A DNA stretch of 64,000 nucleotides from an uncultured Gammaproteobacteria bacterium. Its GTDB lineage: Bacteria > Patescibacteriota > Microgenomatia > JALYQM01. The DNA lies in the NCBI GenBank assembly GCA_964403585.1, contig CAYOFQ010000001.1, forward strand, positions 1,408,826 through 1,472,825, in the 5' to 3' direction. The position numbers were made by a program, and so were the translations under genes. Shown one piece after another: positions 56,754-64,000 of this stretch; position 1 is the first letter of the stretch; each line of letters begins with the position of its first letter. The notes beneath the pieces were generated by a model. It did not search any database. It was not told where the DNA came from and saw nothing but the letters and a program-made list of their open reading frames with translations.

Positions 56754-57452
56754 ATGAAGATCGCCGCCTTTTTTGTCCACATCTATACCGCTCTGGGTTC
56801 AGTTCTTGGATTCCTCATGGTTATCGCTGCTATTAACCATGATACAACGCAATTTCTTTGGTTAACACTTGTAGCAATGACAATTGACGGTACCGACGGA
56901 TTTTTAGCACGCAAGTTTAATGTCAAAAAAAACATTCCCTGGATTGATGGCGCGACACTGGATAACATTGTCGATTACATCACCTACGTTTTTGCACCTG
57001 CGGTTCTTTTCTGGGTTAACAACTATATTCCGCACAATCTCTTCGGTACAGGTATCATCGCAGCAGTACTCCTCTCATCATGTTACCAATTTTGTCGCTC
57101 CGATGCGAAGACAGACAATCAGAACTACTATTTCCTTGGTTTTCCGGATTATTGGAATATAATTGCGTTCTATGTCATTGCTCTTAATTTGGATACTTCG
57201 ACCACCAGTATCATATTACTCCTTTGTTCGATACTCGTATTTATCCCTATCAAATTTCTCTACCCATCGCGAACAAAACAGTTACAAAAACTCACAATTC
57301 CGCTTACTGCTCTATGGTTTGTAGCTTATATTGTTATCATGCTCCAACTTCCAACACCTAATCTCCAGCTCGTCACACTCTCATTACTCTACCCTCTCTA
57401 CTACATCGTGGGGAGTTTATACCTTACCTACAAGACCAAAATAACTAATTAG
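56754..57452 (+). CDS. CDP-alcohol phosphatidyltransferase family protein
   Basis: DGTDGFLARKFNVKKNIPWIDGATLDNIVD matches DGx2ARx8Gx3Dx3D. Multi-TM. Confidence 0.7.
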   Translation: MKIAAFFVHIYTALGSVLGFLMVIAAINHDTTQFLWLTLVAMTIDGTDGFLARKFNVKKNIPWIDGATLDNIVDYITYVFAPAVLFWVNNYIPHNLFGTGIIAAVLLSSCYQFCRSDAKTDNQNYYFLGFPDYWNIIAFYVIALNLDTSTTSIILLLCSILVFIPIKFLYPSRTKQLQKLTIPLTALWFVAYIVIMLQLPTPNLQLVTLSLLYPLYYIVGSLYLTYKTKITN

Positions 57453-58776
57453 TGAAGACTACCGCGTTAGGCAAGTTTCTGCCCGGTCCTACCTTATATC
57501 CCCCAAAATAAAGTGCTGCCGAACCACCACCGTCCAAATTCATAGCATATTCGGCACCTAAGGCCTGGAATACATACGCAGACTCTGGAACCGTAGCCCC
57601 TCGAGTCATAACTGCCCACAACGTTTTACCTCTAAATCCTATTCCTCCACGCATTGTTTTGGTACCGGCCGACTTTGCATCAAGGTTAACTTGCATTGCC
57701 ACACCACCATTGTGAATGAGTGTCGGAAAATTTGAGATAACCCCATTAGCGCTCGTATCTCTACCAAAACCCAAAGCCTGGGTATAATAATGTGCACCGT
57801 CACCATAAAAACTGATCAAAGGATTAACACTATACTGATTCTGGGCCGAATTCAAATATTTTTTCGTCCGGTAATCAAATACCAGTAAATCAAAGGCATT
57901 TACTTTCCTGGAACAGGAATCATAATCCGCGGGACAGAAATACGTTCCGTTTATTCCGGCGACACCACCATTTTCTGATACATAGGAAGCTAATGGCTTC
58001 AACGGGCAGTTGGTTGCACAATCATTCTCACTGGCAGTGAAAGTCTTCACTTTAATACGATTCAAATCGACAGTTAAGAGATCGACACTATATGAACCAA
58101 TACTGGTCCCAATTGTTTTCCGCTCATACGTAACTCCACCTACCGATTGAGGCGAAATCGCCGTCACTGTAGCAGCCGAAGCTGCCGCCAGAGCAGCTTT
58201 TTTATCGGCTTCTTTTTTTTGGGCAAGTAATGAATTAAGCGAAGTATCCAAAAGCGTTAACAGTGACGGAAGAGTATCATACGACTTCTCCGACAATTGG
58301 GCACTGGCCGAAGCTAAAGAAGAGGAAACTGTGGCAACATTTACTCCAAGCTTTTTATAATCATCCCGCTTCTTTGTGATATCGGCAATTTTTTTCGAAA
58401 ACTCTGCGGCCAGTTTTGTGTCATCTTCCCGTGCAGTACCAATTTTTTCCGCCAACGCTGCACTCAAACTCGAAGCCTTCTCATATTCTCCCTGTGCAAA
58501 AGCAATCCGCAAATCAGCATAAATCTGGCTCATGGAAGCAGTACTAATTTTATCGGCAGCCAAAGTAGACATCGCTTTTTGCGAATCGTCTAAAAAAACC
58601 AGCGATTTCTGATGGGCTTCGAGCTGAGCAAAAATTGCTCTATCTCGCTGACTAATACCCTGAACGCGCGAAGCAGCGTACTGTCGGGATAGCATAAAAG
58701 CCGGATAGATCGCGGCACACAATACAATTACCACTCCGACAAATACATAAAAATGGCCGGGGAATCTTCTTTTCAT
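57445..58776 (-). CDS. membrane-anchored phosphodiester glycosidase (DUF2233/NAGPA-like) domain protein
   Basis: GINGTYFCP...MNLDGGGSAALYFGG. N-terminal TM and coiled-coil. Confidence 0.5.
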   Translation of the reverse strand: MKRRFPGHFYVFVGVVIVLCAAIYPAFMLSRQYAASRVQGISQRDRAIFAQLEAHQKSLVFLDDSQKAMSTLAADKISTASMSQIYADLRIAFAQGEYEKASSLSAALAEKIGTAREDDTKLAAEFSKKIADITKKRDDYKKLGVNVATVSSSLASASAQLSEKSYDTLPSLLTLLDTSLNSLLAQKKEADKKAALAAASAATVTAISPQSVGGVTYERKTIGTSIGSYSVDLLTVDLNRIKVKTFTASENDCATNCPLKPLASYVSENGGVAGINGTYFCPADYDSCSRKVNAFDLLVFDYRTKKYLNSAQNQYSVNPLISFYGDGAHYYTQALGFGRDTSANGVISNFPTLIHNGGVAMQVNLDAKSAGTKTMRGGIGFRGKTLWAVMTRGATVPESAYVFQALGAEYAMNLDGGGSAALYFGGYKVGPGRNLPNAVVFTN

Positions 58777-58819
58777 CTAATATATACATAATAGAGTGAG
58801 GAATGAGTAAACTCAATAA

Positions 58820-59767
58820 TTAATTCCGCCTAATCTTACAAACAAAAAAACCGTCCCATGATTCAGAAGGAAGAATTCGGGCACTCTTGTGTAATCGCTC
58901 ATCAAATACATCACTATTCCACCGGGTAAGTCCCGGCAAAAAATTTCCGGAGATTGGCTCTATTTCAATCGCACCTTCAAATTTTTCTAACGCAAAATTG
59001 ATAACTGCCTCATTCTCCTCAGGAGCAAAGGTACAGGTTGAGTAAATCAACACGCCACCTTGCTTTAAACACATCACCGCCGAAAAAATAAGTCTTTTCT
59101 GAATTGCAGCCATTCGTTCAATATTTTTTAAACTCCATCGTTTTTTTTCATCAGCAACTTCCTCTTGTAAATCCGCAGCTTTAAATCTGCCTTCACCACT
59201 ACAAGGCGCATCCAGAAGCACAATGTCGAAGATCGGGCCAAACTTTTTCCATATTGCCGATGCGTCACTTTGACTCACTAACACATTGTTCACCTGCAAT
59301 TGTCGTAAAACTGACTTCATTTGAAAAATTCGCTGACGACTGACATCAAGAGCATAAATCTCCTCCCGACCGCCTATCAAAGCAGCCAGCTGTGAAGTTT
59401 TAGAGCCCGGTGCAGCACACATATCCAGAGCATGCAATCCGTCGTTACTCAACACCGGTTCACCCACCAGTGTAGATACCGGCACCATACTCGAAAGTGA
59501 CTGCAAATAGTACCAGCCGTTTTTGTATTCTTCCAAATCAGTAAACTCACGTTTGCTGCGATTAGTTAAAATATAAGCCAACGGAATTTCCGGTACTGTT
59601 TCTACAACAATCCCCAGTTCTCGTAAACGTGCGATCCCCTGCTCTTCCGGTACAACTAAGGTATTTACACGAAAACTGGGCAACTTATCAATCGAAAAAG
59701 ACTCGACCACTGCACCATACGTATCACCAAAAAGCATTCGCAGCCGGTCCCAAAACAATGCATCCAT
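58820..59767 (-). CDS. NOL1/NOP2/Sun-family RNA m5C methyltransferase (RsmB/RsmF-like)
   Basis: DMCAAPGSKT, DAPCSGEG, catalytic TC in YSTCTF. Confidence 0.8.
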   Translation of the reverse strand: MDALFWDRLRMLFGDTYGAVVESFSIDKLPSFRVNTLVVPEEQGIARLRELGIVVETVPEIPLAYILTNRSKREFTDLEEYKNGWYYLQSLSSMVPVSTLVGEPVLSNDGLHALDMCAAPGSKTSQLAALIGGREEIYALDVSRQRIFQMKSVLRQLQVNNVLVSQSDASAIWKKFGPIFDIVLLDAPCSGEGRFKAADLQEEVADEKKRWSLKNIERMAAIQKRLIFSAVMCLKQGGVLIYSTCTFAPEENEAVINFALEKFEGAIEIEPISGNFLPGLTRWNSDVFDERLHKSARILPSESWDGFFVCKIRRN

Positions 59768-59769
59768 AC

Positions 59770-61002
59770 TTAACTCCTTAAGCGGGTACCAAAAAAGGCT
59801 AAACTCATAAAAGTCCAGAATTCCATGCTCAAATCATTTTTGAAATACGGAACATCGACTAAACCGTGTACAAAGACTAGGAAAACGACACCATACAAAA
59901 TAATCCGCATATCACCTTGCTGCTTGTCTGCCGTGCGCAACACACAAAATACAATCCACAGAAAACTAAACATACCTAATAACCCTATCTCAGTCCAAAA
60001 ATTAAGAAAAATATTATGGGGGTACTGAAGATGCTCATCATACTGGACAGGTAAATACTGACTCGCATAGAGGGACTTATATCCTCCCAATCCCGCACCA
60101 AAAATCCAGTGTTCAGACAACAAGTTAAAAGTTCCGGTCCATACAATCATTCGAATTAAGAATGTATCTGAACCTTTATACAAAATTGGGGGCAAATCCT
60201 CGACGCGCGAATACGCACCTGCAACAAGAAGCAATGTAGTCACAAATAACCCGATAACAAAATATATGTATGTTCGTGACACAATCGGCAGCAGCTTTTT
60301 GGTAATTCCTAAATAAACAGGCAACGCCCGTACCAATAAAATTCCTAATAAGCCTACAAAAGCGACCAATCCTCCTAAAGATCGGCTTAGGCTGATTGCT
60401 ATCACTGATAGAACCAGAGTAAGTGCAAAAAACAAACCGCGTTTACTCACTTTAAAATCATGCAGCACCACAACTCCAAGCGCGAATATAATCGGCTCCA
60501 GATAAAGCGCCAACGCGTTAGCACTGTTAAATAAGCCACTTACTCGCCCGGCCGCAATTTCATGGGGCGCAAACCAGTCTGTTTGAAATGCATACTGCAC
60601 GATTGCCAATACACTCAAGTAAAAAGCGCTCATTGCCAATCCAAGCAAAACGTCTGTTGTATACAAAACACGCCGTTTCCCCAAATCAACCAGCATTACA
60701 AATAAAGCCACCGGCTCAAGGAAATAAGCCCTAAAAATCCCAAATCCGCTCCGCATATCCGCAGAAACCAGTACACTCAACAAAGCTATTCCCAAAAAGC
60801 AGCTAAGTGCGGTCTTCAGCGGAGTTCCAAAAACTGTCTCCCGGAATCTACCAGGTATTACCGCTTCAAGTAACCACACCAGGAAAAAAGGAATAAAAAT
60901 AAATTCCAGCAAGGTGGTCGGCAAGCCAATCAGTGAAAAACGCAGAATATAGAGGGGAAAAAACGATATTAATACAATACTGCCAAAACGAAAAAACCGC
61001 AT
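59770..61002 (-). CDS. polytopic membrane protein, O-antigen ligase/polymerase (Wzy_C)-like
   Basis: About 10-12 TM with a large periplasmic loop. Glycan-related context. Confidence 0.45.
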   Translation of the reverse strand: MRFFRFGSIVLISFFPLYILRFSLIGLPTTLLEFIFIPFFLVWLLEAVIPGRFRETVFGTPLKTALSCFLGIALLSVLVSADMRSGFGIFRAYFLEPVALFVMLVDLGKRRVLYTTDVLLGLAMSAFYLSVLAIVQYAFQTDWFAPHEIAAGRVSGLFNSANALALYLEPIIFALGVVVLHDFKVSKRGLFFALTLVLSVIAISLSRSLGGLVAFVGLLGILLVRALPVYLGITKKLLPIVSRTYIYFVIGLFVTTLLLVAGAYSRVEDLPPILYKGSDTFLIRMIVWTGTFNLLSEHWIFGAGLGGYKSLYASQYLPVQYDEHLQYPHNIFLNFWTEIGLLGMFSFLWIVFCVLRTADKQQGDMRIILYGVVFLVFVHGLVDVPYFKNDLSMEFWTFMSLAFFGTRLRS

Positions 61003-61037
61003 ACGCCTATTCTACACCAAAATGATATAATAAGATA

Positions 61038-62093
61038 ATGAGCTTTTCATGGCAACAACAACCAAAACCTATCATCGGACTTGCCCCTATGGACGGGATC
61101 ACCGATTTTGCCTACCGTCAAATCCATGCCAAATACGGCAAACCGGCGGTGATGTTTACCGAATTTACCAATGTTGAGGGAATGTTCTTATCCGATAACG
61201 ACTACCTCTTAAACGATTTCAGGTATCACATTCTCCAACGACCAATCATCGCCCAAATTTTTGGTTCAACCCCCGAATATTTCTATAAAGCCGCGATTGT
61301 TTGCGCTGAGCTTAATTTCGACGGAATCGACATTAATATGGGCTGTCCAGCTAAAAACGTAGCTCACCATGGTGGTGGCGCAGCGTTAATAGGCAAACCG
61401 GACCTGGCCAAAGAAATAGTACGTGCAGTTAAGCGCGGAGTTACCGACTGGACAAACGGAAAAAGCATTAATGATCTGGGTTTACCCGAGTTCAAAATTA
61501 GTAAAATCCGTGAGTTAAAGAGCTTTTCAGAAAGCACGAGCGAAAGCAATCGCCGCAGTATTCCTGTCTCGGTAAAAACCCGATTGGGAATCGATGAGAT
61601 CATTATTGAAGAATGGGTAAAACATCTCCTGGAAGTTGAGCCTGCCAACATTACCCTACACGGCCGGACTTTAAAGCAAATGTATACCGGCCAGGCTGAC
61701 TGGTCAGCCATCGGACGTGGAGCAGCTATAATCAAGCAAACATCAACTACCGTACTTGGCAACGGTGATATTAGCTCACGCAAGGACGCCCTAAATAAAA
61801 TTGACGAGTATGGTCTCGACGGAGCATTAATAGCTCGCGCTTCGATGGGCAATCCGAACATCTGGAACGAACAACCGGCTTTAACACCGACACAAAAACT
61901 AACGCTTGCCCTTGAACATGCTAAAATTCACGCAGAAAATAAAGACGAAAAACTTTTTCTGCAAATGCGCAAACACTTTAGTTTCTATATCTCAAATTTC
62001 CCGAATTCAACTGAAATTAAGGTGAAATTAATTCAAACTAAAAGTTACTCCGAAGCTGAAGAAATCATTCAGAGTTCCTTGACTAATCTATAG
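61038..62093 (+). CDS. dus: tRNA-dihydrouridine synthase
   Basis: LAPMDGITDFAYR...INMGCPAKNV...HGRT. Confidence 0.85.
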   Translation: MSFSWQQQPKPIIGLAPMDGITDFAYRQIHAKYGKPAVMFTEFTNVEGMFLSDNDYLLNDFRYHILQRPIIAQIFGSTPEYFYKAAIVCAELNFDGIDINMGCPAKNVAHHGGGAALIGKPDLAKEIVRAVKRGVTDWTNGKSINDLGLPEFKISKIRELKSFSESTSESNRRSIPVSVKTRLGIDEIIIEEWVKHLLEVEPANITLHGRTLKQMYTGQADWSAIGRGAAIIKQTSTTVLGNGDISSRKDALNKIDEYGLDGALIARASMGNPNIWNEQPALTPTQKLTLALEHAKIHAENKDEKLFLQMRKHFSFYISNFPNSTEIKVKLIQTKSYSEAEEIIQSSLTNL

Positions 62094-63507
62094 CCTGAGA
62101 AAAAGCACCTGACAGAACTTGTAAATGCGACTGCCAGCTGAATTTTTCTCTCACTCGCTCAATACCTGCTCGTCCCATCCGCTCACGTAAAGCCGGGTTA
62201 TCAAGGAGTTCAGCCAGTCGCTGCGCATACTGTTTTTTATCATATCCTTCAACCAGATATCCGGTCACACCATCTTCAACTGTATCTGTAGGACCGCCAA
62301 CATTCCAGGCTACTACGGGAAGCCCCTGCCCCATCGCTTCAATAACAACAATACCAAAATCCTCACGTTCCGAGGGAAAAGCATAAACTGCGGCATAACG
62401 ATAGAGCGCAAACAATTCCTGCTGATCAATCTCACCTAAAAAAATAATCCGGTCGCGCATATGCAATGCAGCAGCGAGTTTCTGCAATTCTTCAGTATGC
62501 GTAGTAAAAGGCCCGGGAATTACCAAATATACAGAATTTTGTCGCAATAATGAGAAAATTTCAATTAGCCAGTCGATCCGTTTCCACGGTTGATGTCGAC
62601 CGGTATACAAAACAAAATCTTGACCCAAGTCAAAACCCTTGATAACTGGCGCAGTATTTTTAACCATCATATGCAAAGTCTCGGTATCCTGATGCGCCAT
62701 CTGCCGAAGATTAAACCGGTTTTCAATCTCACCACCAAGCAAACTGCCCCACTGATCATCCTCACGTAACTGAGTAACATGCGCGTGATCAAGATAGGCA
62801 AAATGGCGATGCGCATAAAGAGACAAGGGAAAGGAAAACGGCAGTGAAAACACCGGCTTATCAATAACAATTTTCTTAACTTCACAATTCTCGCGCTGAG
62901 AATAACCCGTTAAAAATGGCGTACCGGAAGGACAGGCAACCCAACTGCAACCATATATTTTTTCAATTTCACGACCGATGAAATAACCGTTTACATACCG
63001 TTCCGAAGCACCAATAATACTAACCTTATCTAAATATGCCAGCATCGGACGCACAAAAGCAAAAAGTTTACTTAAAAACCTGAAATCGGAGACTGTTGCC
63101 CAGTCTTCGTGTTCACGGGGATATAATATCCGGTTCGGATGATTTAAAAAAGCTACATACGGCTTACGTAGTAAACGTGAGAGAATATAAGCTAACCACG
63201 CACCCGGCTGGTTCTCTCCAACAAATATATCTGTTTTAATAAAACGAAAAATAAAAAAAGGAACCAGTAAACAGCTCAACAACAATGTTACTGCATGTCG
63301 CAATGGAAACCAACCGGGCAATTGCGGTAAAAATGTTTTGATATTATATGATTTTATAATGTCCGGGAAACATTTCGTGTAATCAACAATCGGAGCGTAA
63401 CATTCAACTTCATAACCGGAGTTTTTGAGATGAGAAATTTGTTCTAAGACAATTCTCTCACCACCTCCGGTATAAATGAAGGAGCAGTGAATAATCGTGA
63501 CTTTCAT
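62083..63507 (-). CDS. GT4-family glycosyltransferase with N-terminal extension
   Basis: EREDFGIVVIEAMGQGLPVVA (EX7E). Confidence 0.7.
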   Translation of the reverse strand: MKVTIIHCSFIYTGGGERIVLEQISHLKNSGYEVECYAPIVDYTKCFPDIIKSYNIKTFLPQLPGWFPLRHAVTLLLSCLLVPFFIFRFIKTDIFVGENQPGAWLAYILSRLLRKPYVAFLNHPNRILYPREHEDWATVSDFRFLSKLFAFVRPMLAYLDKVSIIGASERYVNGYFIGREIEKIYGCSWVACPSGTPFLTGYSQRENCEVKKIVIDKPVFSLPFSFPLSLYAHRHFAYLDHAHVTQLREDDQWGSLLGGEIENRFNLRQMAHQDTETLHMMVKNTAPVIKGFDLGQDFVLYTGRHQPWKRIDWLIEIFSLLRQNSVYLVIPGPFTTHTEELQKLAAALHMRDRIIFLGEIDQQELFALYRYAAVYAFPSEREDFGIVVIEAMGQGLPVVAWNVGGPTDTVEDGVTGYLVEGYDKKQYAQRLAELLDNPALRERMGRAGIERVREKFSWQSHLQVLSGAFSQAID

Positions 63508-63509
63508 TT

Positions 63510-63806
63510 TTAGTAATCATCGCCGGCATCAACAGAATCTTCAGTGGCAGCCCCGGCAACATTGCCTGCTTGTGGCTGAGCAGCCCGAAGTTGATCAATT
63601 TGTCGCTGTTCGGCCAACATCTGTTCTACAGCGGCCTCACGACGGGTTACATCAGTACGTAAGGTTACAAAATAAGCAATACTAAAAAACAATACTACAA
63701 ACACAACAGTGAGAGTAGAAATTAATGCGAGCAACGCATCTTTCTCCTGTGATGTTTTCATAAAGAACCCTCCGTCTACTAATATATACTTTTTACAGTA
63801 GAACAA
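63510..63806 (-). CDS. small membrane protein (98 aa)
   Basis: One TM helix. 2-nt spacing to the upstream GT4 gene. Confidence 0.3.
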   Translation of the reverse strand: MFYCKKYILVDGGFFMKTSQEKDALLALISTLTVVFVVLFFSIAYFVTLRTDVTRREAAVEQMLAEQRQIDQLRAAQPQAGNVAGAATEDSVDAGDDY

Positions 63807-64000
63807 ACGAAAGCTCAGGTCAAGAGTAAAACTAATTCACAGCTGGCGTTACAAACGGATTGCCCAAATCCTGTTCTTTCTTATTCAGAAACTTTGTCAT
63901 ATCCGCAAACCCCTGCCAGTAGGTACATTTCGAACAAGTCTTCCATTCAGATAAATCACCCCGCAACATATCCGAACGTAACTTCTGGTATTTCTCTCCA

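Noticed and set aside
1-64000. tRNA, rRNA or CRISPR arrays
   Set aside because: No cloverleaf-like GTTCRA T-arm motifs flanked by appropriate stems were found in the intergenic regions. No rRNA-like conserved blocks. No regularly spaced direct repeats.

Overview
This 64 kb window looks like a gene-dense, AT-leaning bacterial chromosome segment with a reduced-genome, CPR/Patescibacteria-like flavour. Evidence for that flavour: many small proteins, an archaeal/eukaryal-type ProRS, type-2 IPP isomerase, surface proteins with Pro/Thr linkers, a minimal SufCB, and a decayed purF. I found no rRNA, tRNA or CRISPR array. TGA is used as a stop codon, so code 11 fits. Recognisable housekeeping genes: sufC-sufB, Fe/Mn superoxide dismutase, prephenate dehydratase, two M20 peptidases, a P-type cation ATPase, an FKBP lipoprotein, two large sensor histidine kinases (one hybrid), ProRS preceded by a CsaA-like tRNA-binding protein, TrpRS, peptide deformylase, IPP isomerase type 2, a GDP-mannose 4,6-dehydratase sugar cluster, a Sun-family rRNA methyltransferase, Dus, and GT2/GT4 glycosyltransferases. 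Features of most interest: (1) An AT-rich three-to-four-gene island at 25.6-29.2 kb encoding an E1/ThiF-like adenylyltransferase with an N-terminal extension, translationally coupled to an uncharacterised 304-aa protein. It sits behind a near-consensus promoter, a 13-bp palindromic operator, a 13-codon leader ORF and an intrinsic terminator, next to an XRE-HTH protein; I propose it as a candidate undescribed E1-dependent (RiPP-like, Ubl-like or defence) module. (2) A 539-aa fusion of an ornithine/DAP-decarboxylase-fold PLP enzyme with a C-terminal SET-domain methyltransferase. (3) A T-box-like leader whose loop carries a Pro codon, upstream of csaA-proS. (4) A GC-rich structured RNA between pheA and purF with RNase P S-domain-like motifs. 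(5) A purF pseudogene carrying an in-frame TAG plus a frameshift. (6) Two paralogous small Cys-containing secreted proteins, each followed by the same ~45-nt GC-rich palindromic repeat. (7) A superoxide dismutase with a Cys/Gly/His-rich C-terminal tail. (8) A small SD-driven 35-aa hydrophobic peptide gene with its own promoter and terminator. (9) A CarS (CDP-archaeol synthase)-like gene next to a CDP-alcohol phosphatidyltransferase. All functional calls come from motifs read directly from the translations; no database search was run.
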